A stretch of DNA of 32,488 bases from a virus. The notes under the pieces are model-generated. The model ran no database searches. It worked only from the letters and a program-made list of their open reading frames with translations, and was not told the origin of the DNA. The translations under genes and the position numbers were made by a program. This document shows positions 23,145-32,488 of the stretch, one piece after another. The stretch lies in the UHGV virus genome UHGV-0151217. One strand, written 5' to 3'. Numbering within the stretch: the first letter of the stretch is position 1; every line of letters starts with the position of its first letter.

Positions 23145-24558
23145 AATTCAGTTTGACACCATTTCGGGCGGCATCCGTAAGCCCGGTGTGCATTTTGAAT
23201 TCAATACCCGGCTGGCCGTTAACACGCTGCCGGGTAATGAACAGCGTGTTCTGGTGATTGGTCCAATGCTGTCAGGCGGCACCGCCACGCCCCTGAATGC
23301 CGTTTCCGTGTATTCCGAAGACGAAGCGGATTTGTATTTCGGGGCCGGTTCGCTGGCCGCTGCAATGGCGCGCGCGGCCATTAATGCCAACAGCTATCTG
23401 CAACTGGATGTTATCGGTATTGCAGACACTGGCGCAGGAAAGGCAGCAACCGGCGCGGTTACCATCAACGGTACAGCAATCAGCAGCGGCACACTGTCGG
23501 TATGGGTTGCCGGTGAGCAGGTCACGGTGGATGTGGAAACCGGTGATGAACCGTCGAAAATCATTCCGGCACTGGTGGAAGCAATGGCGCAGACGCCCTC
23601 TCTTCTGGTGACGGGGGAATACAAATCAGAAACCTCTCAGCTGACGGTGACCACCCGGACCAAAGGTGCCTGGGGGAATGACATCACCCTGTCAGCGTCC
23701 ACCACGGCAGGTGGTCTGACCGTGAGCGCCACACCGATGGCGAACGGCGAAATGGACCCGGATATTCAGCCCGCACTGGATGCGGTCTTTGCCGCCGGTC
23801 ACAACATTCTGATTTGTCCGTTCAGTACCACGCCAGCCCTCGCCGCCCTGAAGCAGCATCTGGAGAAAACCGGGAACGCGATGGAACAGCGCGGCGCGAT
23901 TGGCTGTGCGGGCTGGACGGGCAGTCTCGGAAACGGGATCACCCTGGCAGCCGGTGTGAACAGCGGGCGCATGTCCGTCCCCTGGTATCGCGGCTCCGTG
24001 AAGCTGCCAGCAGTACTGGCTGCCATCTACGGCGCTGTGATGGCGGGCGAGGAAGACCCGGCACGTCCGCTGAACTCGCTGGCGCTGTCCGGGCTGGATG
24101 TGGTCGCCATGTCACAGCGTGAAAGCCGTAACGAGCAGGAAAACGCTCTGCATAACGGCCTGACGCCGGTTGAGGTTGGCCCGGGTAACACGGTGCAGAT
24201 TGTGCGTGCGGTCAGTACATACACGGTTAACGCACAGGGTGTGACTGACGTCTCGTTACTGGATATCACGTCCATCAGAACGCTGGACTACACCCGCAAG
24301 GCGTGCCGCGAACGCATCAGCCTTCGCTTCCCGCGCGAAAAACTCAGCACACGCACTATCGCAAAAGTGGAAAGCGAACTGTATGACGTGCTGATCAAGC
24401 TGGAGGAAGCGGAGATTCTGGAGAACGTGGAAGCGAATAAGGCAAAGCTGCGCGTTCAGCGAAACGGGAAAGATGCAAACCGTCTCGACTGCGTGGTTCC
24501 GGCGGATGTGGTTAACGGCCTGCATGTGTTTGCCGGTCGCATCGACATGATTTTGTAA
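23137..24558 (+). CDS. Tail sheath protein (Mu L-like)
   Basis: 473 aa. N-terminus ...RKPGVHFEF... and overall size are typical of contractile tail sheath proteins. Followed by the tube gene. Confidence 0.85.
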   Translation: MSEIQFDTISGGIRKPGVHFEFNTRLAVNTLPGNEQRVLVIGPMLSGGTATPLNAVSVYSEDEADLYFGAGSLAAAMARAAINANSYLQLDVIGIADTGAGKAATGAVTINGTAISSGTLSVWVAGEQVTVDVETGDEPSKIIPALVEAMAQTPSLLVTGEYKSETSQLTVTTRTKGAWGNDITLSASTTAGGLTVSATPMANGEMDPDIQPALDAVFAAGHNILICPFSTTPALAALKQHLEKTGNAMEQRGAIGCAGWTGSLGNGITLAAGVNSGRMSVPWYRGSVKLPAVLAAIYGAVMAGEEDPARPLNSLALSGLDVVAMSQRESRNEQENALHNGLTPVEVGPGNTVQIVRAVSTYTVNAQGVTDVSLLDITSIRTLDYTRKACRERISLRFPREKLSTRTIAKVESELYDVLIKLEEAEILENVEANKAKLRVQRNGKDANRLDCVVPADVVNGLHVFAGRIDMIL

Positions 24559-24570
24559 GGAGCCTGATAA

Positions 24571-24945
24571 ATGTCTCTGCATGAATACATTGGCTCGATT
24601 GTGCTGGAGGTGGACAGCCAGGAAATCGAGATCACCGACCTTGATGTTCAGATCAACACCGGGCGAAAACTGGTCAAGACCATGAACAAAACCGGCAGAG
24701 CCAAAGGCTTTGCCCGGGGCATTGGCACCTACGAATTGTCCGTTTCGGCGGTAATCCCTGATACCAACGAGCCGGACTGGGAAAACCTTGAAGGTGTGAA
24801 AATCTCGTTGTACCCGCTCAGTAAAAGCGGCAAGCGCACCTCCTATCTGGACTGCTTCACAACCGAAGTGGGTGAGAAATACACCGTCGATAATGAAGCG
24901 AAAATTGATATCAAACTGGCTGCACTCAGGAAGGTGACAGGATGA
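24571..24945 (+). CDS. Tail tube protein (Mu M-like)
   Basis: 124 aa with RBS AAGGAG, directly after the sheath gene. Confidence 0.75.
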   Translation: MSLHEYIGSIVLEVDSQEIEITDLDVQINTGRKLVKTMNKTGRAKGFARGIGTYELSVSAVIPDTNEPDWENLEGVKISLYPLSKSGKRTSYLDCFTTEVGEKYTVDNEAKIDIKLAALRKVTG

Positions 24946-25325
24946 CTTTGATTAATACACAGACCGGTGAACTGTCTGATGGCGTGGTGTTTAACGGCAC
25001 CGTTCATAAAAACTTTGAGCTGCGTCTGCCGGTCATGCGTGATAACGGGCAGGCACTGGAAGAAACTGAAGAACGCTTTCAGACAGTGGACGGCTTCGCG
25101 GCGGATTATTACTACCGCTGTGCAGTGATGGCGGCAACGCTGGTCCGTCTGGGGGATATCCCGCAGGAAGAACTGACGGCGGATTTGTTGCACGACAACA
25201 TGACGCCGGACGATTTTAATATTCTGCTGGCATCACGTAACGTCCTGAAGGTAAAGCGGAACGGCGGGAATCCCGGCTCGCCGGACTCCGGCTCGCAGTC
25301 CTTATCCTCGGGCGCTACGGAATAA
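24942..25325 (+). CDS. Tail assembly chaperone-like protein
   Basis: 127 aa with RBS AGGTGA. Acidic, and positioned between tube and tape measure as for lambda G / P2 E-type chaperones. Confidence 0.55.
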   Translation: MTLINTQTGELSDGVVFNGTVHKNFELRLPVMRDNGQALEETEERFQTVDGFAADYYYRCAVMAATLVRLGDIPQEELTADLLHDNMTPDDFNILLASRNVLKVKRNGGNPGSPDSGSQSLSSGATE

Positions 25326-25339
25326 CCGAAGATCAAATC

Positions 25340-25498
25340 ATGACCATGAGCCGTCCCGAGCTGGACGGCTGGCTTGCTGCCGTTGACAGGCTGAGCGGCG
25401 GCGGCTCAGGAAGGAAGGACACCTCACAGACCACCCGCCAGTCATTTAAATCCCTCAGGAAGAAACGCAGAAAAGGTAAGCAGAAAAATGGCCGGTAA
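25340..25498 (+). CDS. Small basic GpE-like tail protein (possible second part of a chaperone pair)
   Basis: 52-aa ORF, too short for the supplied ORF track: MTMSRPELDGWLAAVDRLSGG...KKRRKGKQKNGR. Overlaps the tape measure start. Confidence 0.35.
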   Translation: MTMSRPELDGWLAAVDRLSGGGSGRKDTSQTTRQSFKSLRKKRRKGKQKNGR

Positions 25499-27761
25499 TT
25501 TCAAAGTTGGCATGACCCTGACTGCGAAGGATGAAGCCTCGCAGGTTCTGGAAAAGGGACAAAAACAGGTTATCAAAGCCACCGAAGATGTAACAAAGGC
25601 AACACGGAAGGCAGGCGCAGAGCAGAGGCGTACCGGACAGGAAAGCGTTAACAGCACGAAAAAGGCCGCAAAAGAGATACAGCGTGCCGCCCGTGCCCGG
25701 GAAACGCTCGGTATTCGTGCAGAGCGTGAGATCCGGCGTGAAATTTATCTGACGGTTGCCAGTTATAACCGTCTGGCTCGTGCCGGTTTTGAATCTGCGC
25801 AGGAGCAGGAACGCGCCATGCAGGCCACCCGGGAAAAAGCCCGGGCACTCAAGCGTGAACTGGATGGCGTCACTCAGGCACAGATGAAGATGGCGAAAAC
25901 GCCTGTTATCCCCGAACCGGGGCGTTTTGCCCGTGCGGCTGCATTTGGCGGGAATGCCGTGACAACAGGCGCTGGTATCGCAGCAGGTGCTGCCATTATG
26001 GCGCAGCCGGTCAAAAAGCAGATGAGCTACGAACGCCAGCTGGCAATGATGGCCAATACCGCCTTCAGTGATAGCGGGCTGGAGGGGCGCAGGGCTGGTC
26101 TTGAGCAGATGAAAAACAGCATCCGTAACGCGGTGACCTGGGGTGGCGGCACGAAAGAAGACGCCGCCGAAACGCTGGATGCCCTGCTGAAAGATGGCGG
26201 TATTTCATTTGAAACAGCCAGTAAGTGGCTGCCTGAACTGATGAAATACGCCACGGCTTCCGGTGCATCAGCGACAGACCTGGCTAATGTGATGCTTAAG
26301 GGTAAAAAGACCTTTGGATTCAGGGATGAAGATATTTCCACCGTTCTGAATATGGCAATTGCAGCGGGCAAAGAAGGTAGCTTTGAACTGAGCGACATGG
26401 CCCGCTGGTTATCTTCGCAACTGGGGTCAGCGTCAGCTGCGGGGATGAGAGGCAAGGATGATTTTGTCAAGATTCTGGCGCTGAATGAAGCTGCCGCCAT
26501 CACGGCGGGAAGCAGTGATGAGGCCGGAAATAACGTGTTTAACCTGCTGGCTAAACTGACCAGCCACGATATTGAAACAGCGGCAAAGAGCATTGATTAC
26601 AACGGTAAAGGAATTGATTTTTCCGGCACGCTGGTTCAGGCGCGCGAACATGGGCTTGATCCGATAGATGCGCTGTCCAGTCTGATAGACAAAATCGTTG
26701 CCAGCGATAAACGCTTTCAGGAGTTGCAAAAGAAACTGGCCTCCGCCCGGGATAAAGGCGAGCAGACAGCTGTTTATGATTCGATGGCAAAACTCCTTGA
26801 AGGCTTTGGTGTCGGGAAACTGGTTGCAGACCAACAGGCGTTAAAAGCGTTGCTGGCTTACCGTAACAACCCTGAATACCGGAAAAAGGTTGAAGACGCG
26901 ATTAATCAGCAGCGCACCCTGCCGGAAGGTCAGCGCGCGGGTGATGTGGATTTTAAATTCATATCCGGCCTCAATGACTTTAAAACCGAACAGGCCAAAA
27001 ACACGCTTGAATTTTCACAAATGGACAGCATGAAAAAGCTGGCTGATGCGTCCGGTACTGTGGCCGATGCCATAAGCTGGGCGGGTGAAAAGTTTCCGGG
27101 ACTGACCACGGCAGTGGTGGGTGCCACGACCGCCATTGAAGCGATGACCGCAGCGGCTCTGACATGGGCCGGGATCAAAATCCTGACCGGGGGTAAAACC
27201 GGTGGCAAGGCTGGCGAGGTTGTCGGTGATGTAATTGAAAACACGGTCAAAAAAGGCAAAGGATTTAAATTCCCCGGCATTGCCGGTAGCCTGCTTTCTT
27301 TCGGTGGCACCGTTACGGCACTGGCCACCGCAACCAGCCCGGAAGAAGACGCCGCCGTCGAAGGAAGCGAGGAACGCTGGAAGCGCATCCGCGCCCGATA
27401 TCCCCAGGAAATCATCGATGCTGCCCGCAAAAAATACCAGCCGTGGTGGCAGTTTGGGGAAGGCTACTCCACCGAAAACGAAGAGTGGTTGAGGCGCTGG
27501 GAGGAAGACAGGAAAAAAGCCGCAGCTGATGCCCTGCCATCACCGGCGCAGGTCAACAAAGCCGCCGGAAACACAACGCCTGAATCAGTATCAACGCAAC
27601 CCGGACGCATCACCCAGCCGGGATACCTCACGCACTGGGGGCCACCTGCCAGCCCCATTAATTTCACCACACAACTGGTGCTCGATGGTCAGATTGTGGC
27701 GGAAGCAGTGAACAAATACAACCTTCAGGACGGTAACAGAGGCACGGGAGGAACTTACTGA
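25488..27761 (+). CDS. Tail tape measure protein
   Basis: 757 aa. Alpha-helical, Ala/Lys-rich N-terminus, Gly-rich segments, downstream of the chaperone genes. Confidence 0.85.
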   Translation: MAGNFKVGMTLTAKDEASQVLEKGQKQVIKATEDVTKATRKAGAEQRRTGQESVNSTKKAAKEIQRAARARETLGIRAEREIRREIYLTVASYNRLARAGFESAQEQERAMQATREKARALKRELDGVTQAQMKMAKTPVIPEPGRFARAAAFGGNAVTTGAGIAAGAAIMAQPVKKQMSYERQLAMMANTAFSDSGLEGRRAGLEQMKNSIRNAVTWGGGTKEDAAETLDALLKDGGISFETASKWLPELMKYATASGASATDLANVMLKGKKTFGFRDEDISTVLNMAIAAGKEGSFELSDMARWLSSQLGSASAAGMRGKDDFVKILALNEAAAITAGSSDEAGNNVFNLLAKLTSHDIETAAKSIDYNGKGIDFSGTLVQAREHGLDPIDALSSLIDKIVASDKRFQELQKKLASARDKGEQTAVYDSMAKLLEGFGVGKLVADQQALKALLAYRNNPEYRKKVEDAINQQRTLPEGQRAGDVDFKFISGLNDFKTEQAKNTLEFSQMDSMKKLADASGTVADAISWAGEKFPGLTTAVVGATTAIEAMTAAALTWAGIKILTGGKTGGKAGEVVGDVIENTVKKGKGFKFPGIAGSLLSFGGTVTALATATSPEEDAAVEGSEERWKRIRARYPQEIIDAARKKYQPWWQFGEGYSTENEEWLRRWEEDRKKAAADALPSPAQVNKAAGNTTPESVSTQPGRITQPGYLTHWGPPASPINFTTQLVLDGQIVAEAVNKYNLQDGNRGTGGTY

Positions 27762-29110
27762 TGGGCTGGGCTGAAAACCTGCAAAACGCCTCCTTTCGTG
27801 GCGTGCAGTTTGATGTACTGAACACGGATGAACAAATCAGCCGCGACCATGCGGTCTATGAATACCCGTTTGTTGACGGGGCAGATTTGCACGACCTCGG
27901 ACGCAAGGCGCGACCGTTCCGCATGACGGCGTTCCTGTGGGGGGAGTATTACGAATATAAACTTGAAAAGCTGATCGCTGCCCTGGACGAAGGCGGCGAT
28001 GGTGAGCTGATTCACCCGGTTTACGGCTCCGTACCGTCGGTGATTGTGACCGGCTACAGCATTCGCCATGACGCAGAAAGCCCGGACAGCTGCACCATCG
28101 ACATGAGCTTTCTGGAGAGCCGCACCGGCAGTGCGTTGTTCTGCACCCCGTTACCAGAGCTGTTTGCACAGCAGTTATTTGAAGAACTGGATAAGTTACT
28201 GGCACAGTTAAGCGAATTTTTTGACGCTGTTACGCCCCCTTTAAAGACCATTAACAGCGTGATTAAAAAAATCCAGGCAGTGCGTGCCACGCTGGTAAAT
28301 ACCCTGCTGACGTTCAAAAGTGATTCATTCTCCACAGTCGAAAATGTTGTGTCACTGACCAGCGAACCCGGAAAGTTTATCGGCGGGCTGGCAGAGGTGC
28401 TGGAAATCCACACGTCAGATGTCGGGCACGCGGTGCCGGTTCTGGCGCGTAGTGATTCCGCCACCACGACCGGACTGACCGGGGAAGACAACGTCGCCAG
28501 TTCTGCGACAGTGATGACCTGCTGGAATGAGGTGATGGCAGATATGGATGAGCTGGTCGCGCTGCCGGTCGCACTGGTCAGCGGTGATAAAACGCCGTCT
28601 GTGGCACTTCCGCCGGATGCGTCCGTGGAAGACGTGCACGACGTGAAAGCGGCTTATGCGGTTCTGGCAGCCTCAGAGCTGGCCAGCGTGGCGACGGCGA
28701 TACTGTCAGATGAGGCCCAGTCAGAGCAGCTTATACCGGCGGATATCGGGCGACTGGTCGGGGATGTGCGCACCCGCTTACAGGCAGCCATCACGCTGTT
28801 CCGTGAACGCTATGAAGGCGAACGCGAACGGATAACCGAAACCGCATCACCGCTGGGGCTGATGTACCCGGAAATCATTCAGAGCATGAAGAACGTGGCG
28901 GCATCCGTGCAGGATGTCGGCCTGCTGACTCTGTCACGCCGCCCACCGCTGACGCAGAAACAGGTGCAGGCGGACGGTTGCCTGCTGTTGCTGGCGTGGC
29001 AGTGGTACGGTGATTACAGCCGTGCGGCAGAGCTGCAACGTCTGAACCCGCAGCTGCGTGACCCGAACAACATAACCGTCGGGATGGTGATTAATGCCTA
29101 TGCAAAATAA
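27761..29110 (+). CDS. DNA circularisation protein (Mu N-like)
   Basis: 449 aa with RBS GGGAGGAA. N-terminus NASFRGVQFDV...YPFVDGADLHDLGRKARPF matches the DNA_circ_N signature. Confidence 0.75.
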   Translation: MGWAENLQNASFRGVQFDVLNTDEQISRDHAVYEYPFVDGADLHDLGRKARPFRMTAFLWGEYYEYKLEKLIAALDEGGDGELIHPVYGSVPSVIVTGYSIRHDAESPDSCTIDMSFLESRTGSALFCTPLPELFAQQLFEELDKLLAQLSEFFDAVTPPLKTINSVIKKIQAVRATLVNTLLTFKSDSFSTVENVVSLTSEPGKFIGGLAEVLEIHTSDVGHAVPVLARSDSATTTGLTGEDNVASSATVMTCWNEVMADMDELVALPVALVSGDKTPSVALPPDASVEDVHDVKAAYAVLAASELASVATAILSDEAQSEQLIPADIGRLVGDVRTRLQAAITLFRERYEGERERITETASPLGLMYPEIIQSMKNVAASVQDVGLLTLSRRPPLTQKQVQADGCLLLLAWQWYGDYSRAAELQRLNPQLRDPNNITVGMVINAYAK

Positions 29111-30305
29111 CGACGACAAAATCAGCCTGGTCATTGCCGGAAGATCGCATTCTGACTGGAGCAGTTATCGTATTGACAGCGATTTCCTGAAAGCAGCCGA
29201 CGGGTGGCAGCTTCAGCTGGGACTGCCTGAAAAGGTGTTCCCGGCGGATATCGTCCGGGGTGCGCCAGTCCGTTTGCAGGTGGGAGATGAGACGGTCCTT
29301 AGTGGTCGCGTGGACAGCGTGCGCCGCAGTGTATCCCGTCAGAGCTGCGCGCTGACCCTGTCCGGGCGTGATGATGCCGCCATTCTGGTGGACTGTGCCG
29401 CGCCGGTGTTCAGCGCCAATCAGCTGACACTGGACGAGGTCATCGACAGGATAGTCAGACCGCTGGGGATACAGCGCATCCGTATTCAGGCGTCTGGTGT
29501 GTCACGTAATGACAAGGTCGTTATAGAGCCGGGGATGCGTGCGTGGGATGCACTGGCTAAAGCTGCCGCCGGTCGCGGCTTATGGCCGTGGTTTGAGCCT
29601 GACGGTACGCTGGTTGTGGGTGGCCCTGACTACACCACCACGCCGGTGGACACGCTGATTCTGAAGCTGGACGGTACCGGGAACAACGTGATGGAGCTGG
29701 ACGATACCAGGTCCATTAACGGCTGTTTCTCCGAACTGACAGTACTGGCTCAGAGCCACGCCCGCCGCGCAGACAGCAAGAAACAGGTAGCCGTGGTGCC
29801 ACTGGACATCTGGAACGAGGACGGCAGCGTGCGCACATTATCCGGGCAGGGCAGCGGTAATGCAGGTGGTGGTCAGACAGGCATTCATAACATGAAAGCC
29901 GTGGCCACCGACCCCACCGTGGATTATTACCGCCCGCAGATAATCACCCAGGGCGACACCAGTAACATGGAGCAGGTGAACTGGCGCGCAAAAAAAATGA
30001 TGAGTGATGCCCGTCTGTCGGGGCTGGATATCGTTGCACTGGTTGCAGGCCATCGCACGGCGGACGGTGTCCTGTGGCAGCCCGGCCAGCGTGTGCGGAT
30101 TGTCAGCGAACTCCACGGCATTGATGCCATCTTTTTCCTGATGGGGCGTGAGTTCAGCGGAGGCCGGAACGGGCAGACAACCCGGCTTCGCTTTAAGGAG
30201 GACGGCGTGTGGATACCTGACGCCTTCCCGCGTGAGAAGAAACGCCATCACCGCAGGGGCAAAAAGAAAAAAGAGGTCGCCATTGTTAAGGTCTGGGAGA
30301 AATGA
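29094..30305 (+). CDS. Tail/baseplate hub protein (Mu P-like, phage late control D family)
   Basis: 403 aa overlapping the N-like gene, with a basic C-terminal tail (KKRHHRRGKKKK). Confidence 0.7.
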   Translation: MPMQNNDDKISLVIAGRSHSDWSSYRIDSDFLKAADGWQLQLGLPEKVFPADIVRGAPVRLQVGDETVLSGRVDSVRRSVSRQSCALTLSGRDDAAILVDCAAPVFSANQLTLDEVIDRIVRPLGIQRIRIQASGVSRNDKVVIEPGMRAWDALAKAAAGRGLWPWFEPDGTLVVGGPDYTTTPVDTLILKLDGTGNNVMELDDTRSINGCFSELTVLAQSHARRADSKKQVAVVPLDIWNEDGSVRTLSGQGSGNAGGGQTGIHNMKAVATDPTVDYYRPQIITQGDTSNMEQVNWRAKKMMSDARLSGLDIVALVAGHRTADGVLWQPGQRVRIVSELHGIDAIFFLMGREFSGGRNGQTTRLRFKEDGVWIPDAFPREKKRHHRRGKKKKEVAIVKVWEK

Positions 30306-30955
30306 TGTGGGACAAGGTTAATCAGCGCATACAGCAGGCACTGGCCACCGTTCGCCAGGCATTCAGGGTGGTGACCGGTACGGTGGACAGTTCGACCAAA
30401 GTACAGCTTCTCCAGCTGAACGGGCTGGCAGGCGAGCAGCTGGACGGTGCGGAGTATTTTCAGCATTACGGCCTCACCACATCCCCGCCGCCCGGCTCTA
30501 TGGGTATTGCCGTTCCGCTGAACGGTAATACCTCCCATACCGTCATCGTGGCCACAGAGCACGGCGCATATCGCCTGACGGAACTGAAACCCGGCGAGGT
30601 GGCCCTGTATACCGATGAAGGCGCGAAAATCGTACTGAAGCGCGGGCGGATTGTTGAAACCGAATGTGACGTTTACCGGGTGAAATGCAAACGCTATGAG
30701 GTTGAGGCAGAGGAGAACGCCGCATTCACGACACCGTTACTGACGGCCAGCGATAAGCTGACAGTGGAAGGTAAAATCACCGGCAGTGGTGGCATGGCCA
30801 TCAGTGGGGGCAAGAAATATGCCGCCACCTTTGAAGGCAACATCAACCATGTGGGTGGTGTGATTACCTCCGTTGACGTCACCGTTAATGGCATTAAAAT
30901 CGGAACGCACAAACACCCGACCCCACACGGCATGTCTGACACGCCGGTTAATTAA
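30302..30955 (+). CDS. Baseplate assembly protein V-like (spike; Mu gp45-like)
   Basis: 217 aa with RBS GGAGA and an ATGA overlap. OB-fold-like N-terminal region typical of gpV spikes. Confidence 0.7.
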   Translation: MMWDKVNQRIQQALATVRQAFRVVTGTVDSSTKVQLLQLNGLAGEQLDGAEYFQHYGLTTSPPPGSMGIAVPLNGNTSHTVIVATEHGAYRLTELKPGEVALYTDEGAKIVLKRGRIVETECDVYRVKCKRYEVEAEENAAFTTPLLTASDKLTVEGKITGSGGMAISGGKKYAATFEGNINHVGGVITSVDVTVNGIKIGTHKHPTPHGMSDTPVN

Positions 30956-30970
30956 GTGCTGAACACCCTC
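30956..30970 (+). promoter_or_regulatory. Conserved late-region motif, copy C (core GTGCTGAACACCCTC)
   Basis: The 15-mer is identical to the core of copy B. It lies 39 bp upstream of the gp46-like gene. Confidence 0.35.
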
Positions 30971-31008
30971 ACCTGATTCTGACCTGTCCATGCTGCCAGA
31001 CTGGCGGC

Positions 31009-31359
31009 ATGGACCAGACGATTTCACCTGCAACCGGCGACTACGAACGCCGCCGGATTTATACACTTCATAACGCGGTTTATCTGCGACTGGCGACGCC
31101 GCTTGGCAGTTACTGGGCGGATGCGTCGCTGGGGTCACGCCTGCACGAACTGAAGCGGGAAAAAGACGTTTCCCGTGTTCACAGGCTGGCGGCGCAGTAT
31201 GCCAGTCAGGCGCTTCAGCCCCTGCTTGATGACGGGCGGGCAAAATCCATTACCGTTGACACGAAAGCGGGCCAGCGCGGCTGGTTGTTGCTGTTAATCA
31301 CCGTCACGGATAACGCGGGCACACCGCAGACGTTTGAACACCCTGTGAGGATTATGTAA
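31009..31359 (+). CDS. GP46-family baseplate protein
   Basis: 116-aa ORF whose size and position before the J-like gene match Mu gp46. The start has a weak RBS. Confidence 0.6.
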   Translation: MDQTISPATGDYERRRIYTLHNAVYLRLATPLGSYWADASLGSRLHELKREKDVSRVHRLAAQYASQALQPLLDDGRAKSITVDTKAGQRGWLLLLITVTDNAGTPQTFEHPVRIM

Positions 31360-32438
31360 TGCCGTTTCCAGTTCCGGGCGTTGCTGAAAACACAGAACGC
31401 CAGCTACGTGATATCGCTAACGCCCTGCCGGGAGAAACCATCGACACCGGCGCTGACAGCGATTACCGCATTCGTGCAAATGCCGTATCTGGCGTGGCTG
31501 ACGGGCTTTATATGCATCAGGGGTGGATACTCCGTCAGGTGTTTCCTGACACGGCAGACCCTGAATATCTGGAGCTGCACTGCCGCGCGCGCAATGTTTT
31601 TCGTAAAAAAGCAACGGCCTCATCCGGCCCGGCAGTGATTACCGGTACACCCGGTAAGATGCTGCCAGCCGGTGCGGAAATTCGTGGTGAAGGTGTCAGC
31701 GTGGCCACCACCGCAGACTGCACCATCGGTGATGAAGGCAGCGCGGAGGTGACGGCAAAAAGCACCACCACGGGCGCACATACGAACGCATCCACAACGC
31801 AGACGGCAACGCTGGTCAGTCCGCCGGAAGGCATCAACAGCACGGTGACGATTAAATCCCTGACCGGCGGAACGGACAGGGAAAGTGACGCCGACCTGCT
31901 GGCGCGTTATCTGGATATTCTGCGCAGGCCGCCCGCTGGCGGTAACAAATATGATTACAAACGCTGGGCGCTGGAAGTGGATGGCGTTACCTCGGCATAT
32001 GTGGAGTCATTGCGTCGTGGGCTGGGAACGGTTGATGTGGCCATTACGTCAGCCAATGACCTTCCCTCACAGGAACTGATTAATGCCGTGCTGGCACATA
32101 TTGAGGAAGTCCGCCCGGTCACAGCGAAGGACACGATGGTGCTGGCCCCGACGAAAAAAGCCGTTGATTTCGTTGTCCGGGTAAAAACCAGCGGCCTGAC
32201 CGTTGAGCAGATAAAACCGCAAATAACTGACGTTATCACGGATTTTATGAACCGGCTGGAGCCGGGGCAGGAATTAATAATTTCACAACTGGAAACCCAG
32301 ATTTCATTAATTTCCGGTGTCAGTGACCGGCGAATCATTACGCCAGCGGACAACGTAAAAGCCATTATTAACGCGTCAACGTGGGAATGGTTGCGCCCGG
32401 GAAATATTGATATTCAGCCTTTTCCGCGCGAGGGGTGA
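31359..32438 (+). CDS. Baseplate J-like protein (Mu gp47-like)
   Basis: 359 aa with RBS GAGGA and an ATG overlapping the preceding stop. Confidence 0.75.
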   Translation: MPFPVPGVAENTERQLRDIANALPGETIDTGADSDYRIRANAVSGVADGLYMHQGWILRQVFPDTADPEYLELHCRARNVFRKKATASSGPAVITGTPGKMLPAGAEIRGEGVSVATTADCTIGDEGSAEVTAKSTTTGAHTNASTTQTATLVSPPEGINSTVTIKSLTGGTDRESDADLLARYLDILRRPPAGGNKYDYKRWALEVDGVTSAYVESLRRGLGTVDVAITSANDLPSQELINAVLAHIEEVRPVTAKDTMVLAPTKKAVDFVVRVKTSGLTVEQIKPQITDVITDFMNRLEPGQELIISQLETQISLISGVSDRRIITPADNVKAIINASTWEWLRPGNIDIQPFPREG

Positions 32439-32442
32439 TTTT

Positions 32443-32488
32443 ATGAATATGGTCGATTTATTTCGCGCCATGCTGCCACCTGTCAGTT
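32443..32488 (+). CDS. Tail protein, 5' partial (Mu gp48-like position; continues beyond window)
   Basis: ATG at 32443 with RBS GAGGGGTGA. The frame is open to the end of the window. Confidence 0.4.
   Translation, partial: MNMVDLFRAMLPPVS

Larger units (their letters stand above)
270..32488 (+). mobile_element. Mu-like transposable prophage, left end through baseplate genes (right end lies beyond the window)
   Basis: Mu-type gene order: repressor (-), Ner, DDE transposase, AAA+ transposition ATPase, accessory region, GemA, Mor/C, lysis, gp27-like, terminase, portal, F, G, I, capsid, sheath, tube, tape measure, N-like, baseplate. Host rhaR sequence breaks off at ~270-272. Confidence 0.9.

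Noticed and set aside
26027-27430. Minus-strand ORFs of 188, 133 and 166 aa
   Set aside because: All lie inside the tape measure gene on the opposite strand; Ser/Ala/Pro-rich antisense artefacts.
1-32488. CRISPR arrays, rRNA or tRNA genes
   Set aside because: No regularly spaced direct repeats with unique spacers and no tRNA-like cloverleaf regions were apparent. The intergenic repeats found are irregular regulatory-type elements.

Overview
The window opens with the 3' end of rhaS and the first ~44 codons of rhaR (Escherichia/Shigella-type rhamnose regulators), then runs into a Mu-like transposable prophage that has inserted into rhaR near position 270-272. The prophage fills the rest of the window and continues beyond it. 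Reading left to right: a left end with three direct repeats; a leftward repressor facing a rightward early operon (Ner-like, MuA-like DDE transposase, MuB-like ATPase); about 5 kb of small accessory ORFs of unknown function (4.6-9.7 kb); GemA; a single Mor/C-family activator; a lysis cassette; an orphan beta-class DNA methyltransferase between the gp27-like gene and the large terminase; then portal, F, G, I, capsid, sheath, tube, tape measure and baseplate genes. All phage genes except the repressor are on the + strand. I saw no rRNA, tRNA or CRISPR array. The most unusual signals are: two unknown genes each preceded by a copy of the same ~75-bp stem-loop leader; a 15-27 bp motif (GTGCTGAACACCCTC core) present three times upstream of late gene blocks; a 19-bp direct repeat bracketing one accessory ORF; a palindromic three-half-site operator at 9.4 kb; and a hairpin-rich G-I intergenic region at the position of the Mu strong gyrase site. 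Every family assignment is from reading the translations against remembered family signatures; no database search was run.
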